IMG/VR virus record: IMGVR_UViG_3300021400_000621
Coordinates: 1 to 64,000 of that record
Reading direction: 5' to 3' (one strand)
From: a virus
Taxonomy: Duplodnaviria > Caudoviricetes
Length of the DNA: 64,000 nucleotides
Shown here piece by piece: positions 8,629-18,468 of the stretch. Below the pieces are notes generated by a model. The model was not told the DNA's origin and searched no databases. It saw only the letters and a list, made by a program, of their open reading frames with translations. The stretch's first letter is position 1; the number at the start of each line of letters is the position of its first letter. The position numbers were made by a program, and so were the translations under genes.

Positions 8629-9171
8629 ATGATATATTTTACTTCAGATTGGCACTTTAACCATGATAAGGATTTTATTTGGAAGAAAAGAGGTTATAAT
8701 TCAGTAGAAGAAATGAATGATGACCTTATTAATAAAATCTGTTCTACTCTTGATGAAGGTGATGAACTATGGGTTCTCGGTGATTTAGTTATGGGGGATA
8801 TTGACAAGGCGGCGGCGGTGCTTTCCCGCATCCCATACTCAGTCCATTTCCTGGTCGGTAACCACGACACTTTAAGAAGAGTTAATCTATATGATTCACT
8901 TGGTTGGGTAAATCATGAACGAGCAATTCAAGTTACAGATGGTAATTGGGATTTTTATCTTTCACATTATCCAACTATTACAATGAATTATGATGATGTG
9001 AAAAAGCATCATCCACTTATTAACCTACATGGACATACTCATTATCAGAATAAATTTTATAATAATAATCCGTATATGTATAATGTCGGAGTTGATAGTC
9101 AAGATGGCTATCCAGTAAGTATTGATAAAATTAAAGCAGATATAAAGGAGAAATTGAATGAGCAAGAATAA
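8629..9171 (+). CDS. Metallophosphoesterase (phage Pnkp-partner type)
   Basis: TSDWHF, LGD, GNHD, SHYP, HGHTH, NVGVD. Confidence 0.85.
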   Translation: MIYFTSDWHFNHDKDFIWKKRGYNSVEEMNDDLINKICSTLDEGDELWVLGDLVMGDIDKAAAVLSRIPYSVHFLVGNHDTLRRVNLYDSLGWVNHERAIQVTDGNWDFYLSHYPTITMNYDDVKKHHPLINLHGHTHYQNKFYNNNPYMYNVGVDSQDGYPVSIDKIKADIKEKLNEQE

Positions 9172-9544
9172 GGTATATCTTTATGACCATTTTTGTGACC
9201 CTGAGTCTGGATATTCGGAGGTGTCTCTGATGACGCCGCAGGGTGTCTTTGTTGGAACTGCTAACTGCAATCTTGATGAAGATGTATTCAATGAGATTAC
9301 AGGCGGCAGTATTGCAGAACTCAGAGCATGGAAGGCATATTATAAATATGAAATTCGTGTTCGCAAGTTTGCACTTCACGAACTTGAAACTGTATATTCT
9401 CAGATGAGAAAGACTAAAGCCTGCACAAGAATCCTTGATAGGATTGAGGTTCTTAAGCTGGAAATTGACCAGTGCATGAATGAACTTGCAGGTGTGAATA
9501 AGGAAATTGACGCACGCATTGAAAGACTGGGCAAAAAGAATTAA
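9158..9544 (+). CDS. Hypothetical protein
   Basis: GGAG RBS; C-terminal coiled coil. Confidence 0.6.
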   Translation: MSKNKVYLYDHFCDPESGYSEVSLMTPQGVFVGTANCNLDEDVFNEITGGSIAELRAWKAYYKYEIRVRKFALHELETVYSQMRKTKACTRILDRIEVLKLEIDQCMNELAGVNKEIDARIERLGKKN

Positions 9545-9600
9545 TTGAGATAATAAAATTCTTATAAAATATAGCTATAATCGAAAGGAGGATTAGCTAT

Positions 9601-9891
9601 ATGGATATAGGAACTTTTATTATTCAATTATATGTGCCTATTATAGTAGTTGCATGTTTAGTTGTAGGGTATATAGTAAAAATGTGGATTAAAGATGTAG
9701 ATAATAAATACATCCCTACTATTGTTGCTATATTAGGAGCTTTGCTCGGCGGAATAACATTAGGCTGGACCTTACAATCAATTGTAGCTGGCGCCGTTTC
9801 AGGACTCGCCTCAACAGGACTGCATCAATTATTTAAGCAATTAATTGAAGGAGGTTCTGGATTGAAAGGTGAGGTAATCGAAGATGATTAA
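9601..9891 (+). CDS. Phage holin-like membrane protein
   Basis: Three hydrophobic segments; NKYIP and SGLASTGLHQ motifs typical of Firmicute phage holins. Confidence 0.75.
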   Translation: MDIGTFIIQLYVPIIVVACLVVGYIVKMWIKDVDNKYIPTIVAILGALLGGITLGWTLQSIVAGAVSGLASTGLHQLFKQLIEGGSGLKGEVIEDD

Positions 9892-10279
9892 TAATTTTGC
9901 ATTTTGGATTGTACTGTTCGTAATTTGCTTTGCAGTTGGAATGTTCTTAGACAAGTTTATTAAGAAGTCAAGAGAAGAGAAGATTCAAGTAGTTAAAAAC
10001 TGGCTATTATATGCGGTTGCAATGGCAGAAAAAGAACTCGGTAGCGGCACTGGTCGCATTAAGCTGGGTCAGGTTTATGAACAGTTCCTGCTTGTATTCC
10101 CACAACTTCAGCGTGTTATCAGTTTTGATATGTTTGCAAAGCTGGTAGATGATGTTCTTATTCAGTTCCAAGAACTTGTCGAAGAGAATGTCACTATTGC
10201 AGCTGAGTTTACCGATACAGAAGGTGAATTGGTGGATATTGTAGAAGAACCATACGACGAAGAAGAAGAAGAAAATTAA
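9884..10279 (+). CDS. LL-H-family holin-like protein
   Basis: Single N-terminal TM segment then AVAMAEKELGSGTGRIKLGQVY; acidic tail. Confidence 0.6.
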   Translation: MINNFAFWIVLFVICFAVGMFLDKFIKKSREEKIQVVKNWLLYAVAMAEKELGSGTGRIKLGQVYEQFLLVFPQLQRVISFDMFAKLVDDVLIQFQELVEENVTIAAEFTDTEGELVDIVEEPYDEEEEEN

Positions 10280-10300
10280 AAAGAAAAGGAGAGATATGTA

Positions 10301-11908
10301 ATGCTAAAAAAACTATGCTCTATACTTCTAGCACTCTTCTTAGTAGTTTGTACCTCTCCTATCGCATTTGCAGAAGAGGTTGAGGGAGAAATTCCTTCAA
10401 CCTCAACTGAAATAGAAACAGTAGTAGAGGAAAAAACTACTGAAGAAGAAATAGAAGTAAATGCGGCGGCACCTGCTCAGGAGCAACCACAGGCTCAGGA
10501 AAAAGAAGTTGAAAAAACAGAACCTGTTATTGAAAAAGAATCAGAACCTGTTGTTGAAAAGAAAACAGAAAAAATAGAAGAACCTAAGATAATTGAGGAA
10601 AAAGTTACCCTAAAAAGTGCTCCCGCCGCAGTAAAAAGCGAGCCTCAAACAGAAGAAGAACAAACATATACTGTTACATATACCCATAGAGTATGGGATC
10701 AATGGGCAGAATGTGAAGATGGTAATCTTTTAAGTGAGGTTACTTATTCTAATGAATATAAAGTTGGCGATGAAGTTTGGATGCCAAGTATTGTAACAAA
10801 TGGAGAATATTTATTCTCTTTACCTGGTCATCCTGCAGAAGTGCTTTGGGCACATGCAGGCACAGTTCTTTTAGGTGGTGGCAATCCAGAAGAATTGGGT
10901 GCAGAATTTATTTATCCAGACGGATATTTAATTCCAAGCATGATTCCCGAAAATGTAGATTTAATTTATAACTATGGCCCTCTATATGACACAGTTCGCT
11001 GTGAAGATTATATGGAGGATGATAACGGAGAATATCAATTAGTTAGTTCTTCTGACCATAGATGTTCTATAGGTTATGATGTAAAACGTGGTGTTAAAGA
11101 AATTGAAGGCTATACTTTTAACGAAGGATTAAGTAATCTTCTTGTCCATGTAACACTTCGTACTGTTGAAGATAGTTTATATAAATTAACAAGATATTAT
11201 GACAAAATAAAACCAACACCAGGGCCTGAACCGGATCCGGGCATTCCTGATCCAGATCCAGAACCTGAACCAACTCCGGAACCTATTATTCCAACACCAA
11301 CTCCTACTCCAGAATCAGAAAAACCTGTAACTCCAGTTACACCTGTTAATCCTGGCGGCGGTGGGGATGGAGAAGATTATGAACTAGATGAATCAACTAC
11401 AATTAACACTGCTGTAGTAGAAACACCTATAAGAACTGTTTTCATTCCTGGTATCACCGCAGATGAAGAAGAAACAGATAATATTGCAAAAGCAAAAACA
11501 ATTAATGAAATTAAAGTACCTTTAGCTAAAACAGAAGAAACTTGGGCACTCGTTAATCTTATTTGTGTAGTTGTTACTGTTGTAGTAAGTTTAATTCTTG
11601 TTATACTTGGTTGGTATAATAGATGGCGCCGTAGAAATATAGAACTTGATGAAAAGTATTATAACGATTATCAGTTCTGGCTAAGAAATAAAATTATACT
11701 TAGAATTGTTAATCTTTTAATAGCAATTGTATCTATTGTAGTATTTATACTTACAGAAAATATTTTCTTAAAACTAGTATTTATAGATAGATTTACTCCA
11801 CTTATGGTAGTATTAGCTATTTTAGCAATTGGTGTAGCATTCTTCTCAAAATACGTTGTCAAAGAATATTATCCATATGATGATGATGATGAAGATGGCG
11901 AAGAATAA
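10301..11908 (+). CDS. Secreted, membrane-anchored cell-surface protein
   Basis: Sec signal peptide ending IAFA, Glu/Lys-rich stalk, Pro-Glu/Pro-Thr repeat linker, VPLA motif, three C-terminal TM helices. Confidence 0.75.
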   Translation: MLKKLCSILLALFLVVCTSPIAFAEEVEGEIPSTSTEIETVVEEKTTEEEIEVNAAAPAQEQPQAQEKEVEKTEPVIEKESEPVVEKKTEKIEEPKIIEEKVTLKSAPAAVKSEPQTEEEQTYTVTYTHRVWDQWAECEDGNLLSEVTYSNEYKVGDEVWMPSIVTNGEYLFSLPGHPAEVLWAHAGTVLLGGGNPEELGAEFIYPDGYLIPSMIPENVDLIYNYGPLYDTVRCEDYMEDDNGEYQLVSSSDHRCSIGYDVKRGVKEIEGYTFNEGLSNLLVHVTLRTVEDSLYKLTRYYDKIKPTPGPEPDPGIPDPDPEPEPTPEPIIPTPTPTPESEKPVTPVTPVNPGGGGDGEDYELDESTTINTAVVETPIRTVFIPGITADEEETDNIAKAKTINEIKVPLAKTEETWALVNLICVVVTVVVSLILVILGWYNRWRRRNIELDEKYYNDYQFWLRNKIILRIVNLLIAIVSIVVFILTENIFLKLVFIDRFTPLMVVLAILAIGVAFFSKYVVKEYYPYDDDDEDGEE

Positions 11909-11916
11909 GTAAATCC

Positions 11917-11948
11917 ATAGGGTTAGATGATATGACATCTAACCCTAT
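11917..11948 (+). terminator. Intrinsic terminator
   Basis: ATAGGGTTAGATG-6 nt-CATCTAACCCTAT followed by a T tract. Confidence 0.85.
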
Positions 11949-12006
11949 TTTTTTTGTCCAAATTTTACTCCCGCCGCAATAAAAGGTAGAAGGATATGAT
12001 ATATTT

Positions 12007-12035
12007 TTGACAATTTTAAAAAAATATGATATAAT
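12007..12035 (+). promoter_or_regulatory. Sigma-A-type promoter
   Basis: TTGACA-17 nt-TATAAT with TG. Confidence 0.85.
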
Positions 12036-12073
12036 TTTAATATAATGAAGAGAATAATAGATAAGAGGTAAAT

Positions 12074-13984
12074 ATGGCAGAAACGAAAAATAATTTATAC
12101 AATGAACATTCAATTGAATCGTTGTCGCCACTCGAATTCACTAGGCTAAAACCGGGAGTATATGCGGGAGACACGACATACGCAACCCAGTTACTTGTAG
12201 AGATTATCTCTAATGCCATAGATGAATTTAGATTAGGTCACGGTTCTCAAATTGATGTTTCTATTGATGGAGCAAAAGTTAGAGTCAGAGACTATGGACA
12301 AGGATTTATCCCAAACAGCTTTAGAGAAGATGGTAAGACTATTCTCGAAGCTGCTTTTAGTGTGTTAAATACTTCTGGTAAGTATAGAGAAGATGGAACT
12401 TATGAAGGAACTTCACTTGGTTCATTTGGTATTGGTTCAAAGATTACTACATACCTCTCTCATTGGCTGGATGTAATAACAGTTAGAGGTGGTGAATCTG
12501 AATGGTGTCATTTTGTTGAAGGTGAATTTAACAGTAGAAATACAAAGAAAACAAATGTGCCATCTGGTACAATTGTAGAATGGGAACCATCTGAACAGTT
12601 TTTTACCCATCCAGAAGTTGAAATTAATAAAATAAAAACTCTGTTCAAAACTATAGCTTGTCTATGTCCTGGATTAACAATTAATCTTGATAATAATGGA
12701 GAAAAAATTGTTTATTCATCTGTACATGGACTTAATGATTTAGTTGATGATGCAGTTAAAGATAAAGAACTGATTAACAATAGATTCAATATGAATTATG
12801 TTAATGGGAAGAATAAAATGGATATGGTTCTAACATATACATCTAATTATTCTTCAACTCTTGTTCCATATGTTAATACAGGTCTAACAGAATCTGGTCA
12901 ACATATTACACAGACTAAATCTGTTATAACAAGAGAGTTCAATAAGTTCTTTAAGGAAAAGAAATGGCTTAAGGAAAAGGACGAAAATCTATCTGGTGAT
13001 GATATACAAGAAGGAATGTATATTGTATTTAATATCACCGCCCCAAATGTAGCGTATGATGCTCAGGTCAAGAGTAGAATAACAAAGATAGATATGGCTC
13101 CATTCACTGCGGCATTGGCAGAAAACCTCCAGTCATGGCTAGTCCTAAACGAGAAAGAGATTAAGTCAATCTTCGACAAGGCGGCCGCAGCTAAAAAGGC
13201 ACGTGAGGCCGCGAAGAAAGCAAGAGATAATGTAAGAGCTAAAAATAAGAAAAAAGATAAGGCTCTTAAGTTTGATAGTAAACTTGCTGATTGCAGTTCT
13301 AAAGACCGTAGCAAATGTGAGATTTATATAACAGAGGGTGATTCTGCATCGGGTAACCTTAAGATGGCAAGGGATAATAAATTCCAAGCGGTTATGCCAG
13401 TTAGAGGTAAAATTCTGAATACACAGAAAGCATCTCTCGATAAGATTCAGAAAAATGCAGAGATTATGACTATGATTGATGCATTTGGTCTGACTATTGA
13501 CCCAAAGAATATGAAAGTAACTTATGATAAAGAAGATTTAAGATATGGTAAGATTATTATTATGTCTGATGCTGATGTAGATGGCGCCCATATTAAGAAT
13601 TTGTTTTATACTTTCATATGGAACTTCTGTCCACAACTTATTGAAGATGGATATATTTATGCAGGAGTTCCACCACTTTATAAAATTACAGAATCAAAAG
13701 ATAAATACAAATATCTGAAAGATGATAATGAACTTGAATCTTATAGAAAGAGTCATGCGGGTAAAAAGTATCAAGTTGGACGTATGAAGGGACTTGGTGA
13801 AATGTCAGTTGAAGAAACTGAAGAAACACTTATTAATCCAGACTCAAGAATTATTAAGCAAATTACTATAGAAGACGCGGCAGCAGCTGGAAAACTGTTC
13901 GAGGACCTGATGGGGAACGCTGTAGTACCTAGAAAGAATTTTATCAGATTACATAGTTCGGAGGCGACATATAATGCAGAATGA
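12074..13984 (+). CDS. gyrB: Type IIA topoisomerase subunit B (GyrB/ParE)
   Basis: GHKL motifs (EIISNAIDE, DYGQG), TOPRIM EGDSA, PVRGKILN, MSDADVDGAHI, KGLGEM. Confidence 0.93.
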   Translation: MAETKNNLYNEHSIESLSPLEFTRLKPGVYAGDTTYATQLLVEIISNAIDEFRLGHGSQIDVSIDGAKVRVRDYGQGFIPNSFREDGKTILEAAFSVLNTSGKYREDGTYEGTSLGSFGIGSKITTYLSHWLDVITVRGGESEWCHFVEGEFNSRNTKKTNVPSGTIVEWEPSEQFFTHPEVEINKIKTLFKTIACLCPGLTINLDNNGEKIVYSSVHGLNDLVDDAVKDKELINNRFNMNYVNGKNKMDMVLTYTSNYSSTLVPYVNTGLTESGQHITQTKSVITREFNKFFKEKKWLKEKDENLSGDDIQEGMYIVFNITAPNVAYDAQVKSRITKIDMAPFTAALAENLQSWLVLNEKEIKSIFDKAAAAKKAREAAKKARDNVRAKNKKKDKALKFDSKLADCSSKDRSKCEIYITEGDSASGNLKMARDNKFQAVMPVRGKILNTQKASLDKIQKNAEIMTMIDAFGLTIDPKNMKVTYDKEDLRYGKIIIMSDADVDGAHIKNLFYTFIWNFCPQLIEDGYIYAGVPPLYKITESKDKYKYLKDDNELESYRKSHAGKKYQVGRMKGLGEMSVEETEETLINPDSRIIKQITIEDAAAAGKLFEDLMGNAVVPRKNFIRLHSSEATYNAE

Positions 13985-14183
13985 TATTAGAAATAAATTA
14001 ATAGATTTATTAATGGATTATTTGTCCTATGCATATTGTGATAATTGTAAGCATACAGATGATATAAATTCTTGCGATGAGTGTCATCGTAAATATCAAA
14101 ACTGGGCATTAGGAAAACAAACAGCTACTCAAATTATAGATAGAATATTATTAGAATTAGGAGTAACCGTAGATGCAGAATGA
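13974..14183 (+). CDS. Small Cys-rich protein inserted between gyrB and gyrA
   Basis: CDNC...CDEC; begins MQNDI like GyrA; start and stop each overlap the neighbour by 11 nt. Confidence 0.7.
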   Translation: MQNDIRNKLIDLLMDYLSYAYCDNCKHTDDINSCDECHRKYQNWALGKQTATQIIDRILLELGVTVDAE

Positions 14184-16515
14184 TATAAAAAATGAATTAC
14201 ATCAAAATTTTATAGAATATGCGGTTGCCGTTAACACGGATCGTGCAATACCTGATGCTAGGGATGGTCTGAAACCAGTTGCAAAACGTATTCTATATGG
14301 AGCATATATAACAGGAAGAGTCAATTCAAAACCTCATGTTAAGTCTGCCAGAATTGTCGGTGATGTTATGGGTACATGGCATCCACATGGTGACAGTTCA
14401 ATCTATGGGGCGATGGTTAGACTTTCCCAAAATTGGGTACTTAGGTATCCACTTATAGATTGGCACGGTAATAATGGTAACATCATAGGCGATGGTCCTG
14501 CGCATATGCGTTATACTGAAGCTAAACTTGCAAAGATTAGTGAAGATGGACTTCTTTCTGGACTAAAGAAAAGAAATGTAGACTTTGTTCCAAACTATGA
14601 TGAAACAGAAGAAGAGCCAGTTGCATTACCAGCAATCTTTCCTAATCTTCTATGTAATCCAAACAGCGGCATAGGTGTAGCAATGGCTTGTAACTGGGCC
14701 CCTCATAATCTTAAAGAGGTAGCTCAGGCAATTCATGACTATGTAGATGGTAAAGAACCTATGTTACCTGGACCAGATTTTCCAACCGGTGGAATTATCA
14801 TAAATAAGAATGATATTCCTGGTATTATGAAGACTGGCCGTGGCAGTGTTAAGATTAGGTCAAGATACAAAATAGAAAAGAATAGTTTGGTATTTTATGA
14901 AATACCATATGGAACAACTATAGAAAATCTTATTGCTGAAATTGGTGAAGTTTGCAACAATAAAGAAATTACAGGTGTTGCTGATATTCGTGATGAAAGT
15001 AATAAGAAAGGATTAAGACTTGTAGTTGAATGTGAAAAAGGTATTAATCCAGATGCAATAGCGAATAAACTATATAGTAAAACAAATCTGCAAAGTTCAT
15101 TTGCTTATAATCAAGTTGCATTAATTAATAAGACACCAACAGAAATGAATCTTAAAGATTGTATTAAGATTTATATGGAACACAATATAAATTGTGTCAT
15201 TAAAGAAACGCAATTTGATTTACAAAAAGCTCAAGATAGACTACATATTGTTAATGGTTTGCTTGCGGCATTAGAAGATATTGATAATATCATAGCGCTG
15301 ATTAAATCATCTGAAAGCAGTGCCGCCGCAAAGACCAATTTAATGAAGAAATATGACTTCACAGAAGCGCAGGCAAAGGCTATCTTAGCGATGAGACTTA
15401 GTTCTCTTGCAAGACTAGAAGCAGTAGAACTTAATCAAGAGAAACAAGAATTAATTAGTGCTATTGATATGTATAAAAATATCTTAGCAAATAAAAATCT
15501 TCAGCAAGAAGTAATTCTTGGTAGACTTGATTCTCTTGTTACAAAATATGGTGATGCAAGAAGAACAGAACTACAACAGATTGAAATTCCAAAAGAAGAA
15601 AAAGAAATCGTAGAAGTAGTTCCTGAAGATGTAGTGGTTATAGCTAGTCAGAATGGAGAGATTAAACGAATCCCACGTGGAAGTTTTAAGACTCAGCGCC
15701 GCAATGGTAAAGGAGTAAAGACACTTGAAAATTCAATCTTAGCTTCTATATCAACTAACACTATTGATACTCTGATGATATTTACATCTAAAGGTAAAAT
15801 GTATAGATTCTTAGTTGATAAAGTACCAGTAGGAACTAACGCATCTAAGGGTATCCCAATTGGTAATCTTATCCAGATGGATATGGATGAAAGAGTTGTC
15901 GCAGTTACATCACTCTATAGAAAAACTGATGCTGAATATGTAGTATTCTTCACAAAGAATGGTTTAATTAAAAAGACTTCATTAGAAGAATATAAAAACA
16001 CAAAGAAAACAACAGGTCTGCAGGCTATTAAATTTAAAGATGGTGATGAGTTAGCTGGAGTAACATTCCTTAAAGATGAAGAAGTAATGATGATTACTGA
16101 AAAAGGATATAGTATTAGATTTGAAACAAAATCTATTACTCCAACTGGCAGAGTAACTTCTGGTGTTAAGGGTATCAAACTTACAGAAGGAGATAGAGTT
16201 GTTATAGGTCTCCCAATTAAACATAAAGAAGAGAATCTTGCAATTATCACATCAAGTGGTATGGGCAAGATGACTCCAATATCAGAGTATACAATCCAGG
16301 CTCGCGGCGGCAAGGGGATTCTCACCTTTAAGCCTAGTCCATTGACAGCCACCATAGCAGGCGCCGCAATAGTAGAAAATACAGATGAGTTACTTCTCAT
16401 AGGAACACCAAGTTCAATTTGTATTTCTGCTTCTGATATTCCTGTTCTAAGTAGAACTGGAACTGGAAACAATATGATTAAGAATAGTACAATAAATAGG
16501 GTAGTAAAACTATGA
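14173..16515 (+). CDS. gyrA: Type IIA topoisomerase subunit A (GyrA-type)
   Basis: DGLKPVAKRILY, HPHGDSS, AHMRYTE catalytic Tyr, C-terminal beta-pinwheel repeats, GyrA-box-like QRRNGKG. Confidence 0.93.
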   Translation: MQNDIKNELHQNFIEYAVAVNTDRAIPDARDGLKPVAKRILYGAYITGRVNSKPHVKSARIVGDVMGTWHPHGDSSIYGAMVRLSQNWVLRYPLIDWHGNNGNIIGDGPAHMRYTEAKLAKISEDGLLSGLKKRNVDFVPNYDETEEEPVALPAIFPNLLCNPNSGIGVAMACNWAPHNLKEVAQAIHDYVDGKEPMLPGPDFPTGGIIINKNDIPGIMKTGRGSVKIRSRYKIEKNSLVFYEIPYGTTIENLIAEIGEVCNNKEITGVADIRDESNKKGLRLVVECEKGINPDAIANKLYSKTNLQSSFAYNQVALINKTPTEMNLKDCIKIYMEHNINCVIKETQFDLQKAQDRLHIVNGLLAALEDIDNIIALIKSSESSAAAKTNLMKKYDFTEAQAKAILAMRLSSLARLEAVELNQEKQELISAIDMYKNILANKNLQQEVILGRLDSLVTKYGDARRTELQQIEIPKEEKEIVEVVPEDVVVIASQNGEIKRIPRGSFKTQRRNGKGVKTLENSILASISTNTIDTLMIFTSKGKMYRFLVDKVPVGTNASKGIPIGNLIQMDMDERVVAVTSLYRKTDAEYVVFFTKNGLIKKTSLEEYKNTKKTTGLQAIKFKDGDELAGVTFLKDEEVMMITEKGYSIRFETKSITPTGRVTSGVKGIKLTEGDRVVIGLPIKHKEENLAIITSSGMGKMTPISEYTIQARGGKGILTFKPSPLTATIAGAAIVENTDELLLIGTPSSICISASDIPVLSRTGTGNNMIKNSTINRVVKL

Positions 16516-18467
16516 TTGTAGATAAATTAGATTATTATGCAAAAGTAAAACAATTGAATGAAGCTACGGAGTTCTATGATAAAGGAACTCCTATTATGTC
16601 TGATAAACAGTGGGACAATATTTATTTTGATGTAAAAGAGTTCGAAGACCGCACAGATATTGTAGCGAAAAATTCGCCAACTCAAGGGATTTATTATGAA
16701 GTGGTCAGCCAGCTTAGAAAGGTTGACCACAACCACCCTATGCTTTCTCTTGATAAAACAAAAGACATCAATGTATTAAAGTCATTCATAGGCAAACATG
16801 ACATAGCACTTATGGCTAAAGCCGATGGACTTACTTGTTCGCTTTGGTATAAGAATGGTATTCTATATAGAGCAGAAACAAGAGGAAATGGAGTCACAGG
16901 AGAAGATATTACTCATAACGCGGCTGTCATAGCATCTATTCCGAATAGAATTAATGCAGATGATGATTTTGTCATTGATGGAGAATTAATCTGTCTTGCA
17001 GATGATTTTGCATTTGTTGGAGAGGGATATAAAAACTCTAGAAACTTTACAAGCGGCAGTGCCAGACTTCTTGATGCTAAAGAATGCGCTAAAAGAGGAT
17101 TAACATTTGTAGCTTGGGATGTAATTCAAGGATTTGATGAGTTTACAACTCTTTCGCATAAATTAGATAGATTAGAAGATTTCTTCGGATTTTATACAAT
17201 TCCAAGAATTATTAATCCAGAAAATCTAGAAGAAAGAATTGAAGAAATTAGGGAACATTGTATTAGACATGGATTTCCAATTGATGGTGTTGTTGTAAAA
17301 TATGACAATGTAGAAGAATATGAAGCATGCGGCCGCACTGACCATCACTTTAAAGGCGGACTGGCTTATAAGTTTTATGATGAAACCTATTCAACTAAAC
17401 TTAGAGGTATCCAATGGACTATGGGAAGAACAGGAGTTCTTACTCCAGTAGCTAGATTTGACCCAATAGAAATTGATGGAACAACAGTAGAAAAAGCAAG
17501 TCTGCATAATGTAGGTATTATGAGAGATTTACTTGGTGAATGTGCATATGTTGGTGAACCTTTAGAGATTTATAAAGCTAATCAAATTATTCCACAAGTA
17601 GCTAGTGCGGGTCCAAAACATACTTATGGTGAAGTTATTGCGGCAGGAGGAGTTTCCGCACATGATGTAATTACTAAATGTCCAATTTGTGGACACGAAG
17701 TAGTTTATAAAGATGATTTTGTCTATTGTGATAATCCAAATTGTGATGGAAAGTTAATTAATAGACTTGACCATTTCTTAGGTAAAAAAGGATTAGATAT
17801 TAAGGGTTTATCTAAAAAGACTTTAGAAAAACTTGTAGATTGGGAATGGATTACTTGTTTAGAAGATATATTTACTCTTAAAAATCATAGAGATGAATGG
17901 ATTAAAATATCTGGATTTGGAGTGAAGTCTGTAGACAAGATACTTGACGCAATAGAACAAGGTAGACATACTGATTTATATAGAGTAATTAGTGCAATAG
18001 GAATAAATAACATAGGCTCAACAGCAAGTATCATGTTGGCTGATTATTTCAAAACTTGGGAAGCATTTAGAAAAGCAGTTGATGATAAATTTGATTTTAC
18101 ATATCTTCCTAATTTTGGTACTATTGCTGATTATGATTTAAGTAATTTTGATTATAGCGAAATAGACAGTATTGTTGAAAAATATCTAATTATTAATGAA
18201 ATAGGAACTGCGGCGGCACCTACCGAGAAGATTTTATCTGGACTTGTTTTTGTAGTGACAGGTAAACTACACCACTATAAGAATAGGGACGAGTTAAAAG
18301 CAGAAATAGAATCACTTGGCGGCAAGGTCACTGGTTCAGTTTCTTCAAAAACAAATTATTTAATTAATAATGATACAACTAGTGGGTCTGCAAAGAACCA
18401 ATCGGCTAAGAGATTAGGTGTCCCGATCATTAGTGAGGATGAATTTATTGCTTTGATTCAGTCATAG
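16512..18467 (+). CDS. ligA: NAD-dependent DNA ligase
   Basis: KADG, RGNG, DGVV, GRTG, zinc finger CPIC...CDNPNC, C-terminal BRCT (FVVTG...GGKVTGSVS). Confidence 0.93.
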   Translation: MIVDKLDYYAKVKQLNEATEFYDKGTPIMSDKQWDNIYFDVKEFEDRTDIVAKNSPTQGIYYEVVSQLRKVDHNHPMLSLDKTKDINVLKSFIGKHDIALMAKADGLTCSLWYKNGILYRAETRGNGVTGEDITHNAAVIASIPNRINADDDFVIDGELICLADDFAFVGEGYKNSRNFTSGSARLLDAKECAKRGLTFVAWDVIQGFDEFTTLSHKLDRLEDFFGFYTIPRIINPENLEERIEEIREHCIRHGFPIDGVVVKYDNVEEYEACGRTDHHFKGGLAYKFYDETYSTKLRGIQWTMGRTGVLTPVARFDPIEIDGTTVEKASLHNVGIMRDLLGECAYVGEPLEIYKANQIIPQVASAGPKHTYGEVIAAGGVSAHDVITKCPICGHEVVYKDDFVYCDNPNCDGKLINRLDHFLGKKGLDIKGLSKKTLEKLVDWEWITCLEDIFTLKNHRDEWIKISGFGVKSVDKILDAIEQGRHTDLYRVISAIGINNIGSTASIMLADYFKTWEAFRKAVDDKFDFTYLPNFGTIADYDLSNFDYSEIDSIVEKYLIINEIGTAAAPTEKILSGLVFVVTGKLHHYKNRDELKAEIESLGGKVTGSVSSKTNYLINNDTTSGSAKNQSAKRLGVPIISEDEFIALIQS

Positions 18468-18468
18468 G

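Noticed and set aside
11215-11345. Short tandem-like DNA repeats (CCAGA/CCAAC)
   Set aside because: Explained by the Pro-Glu/Pro-Thr linker of the surface protein.
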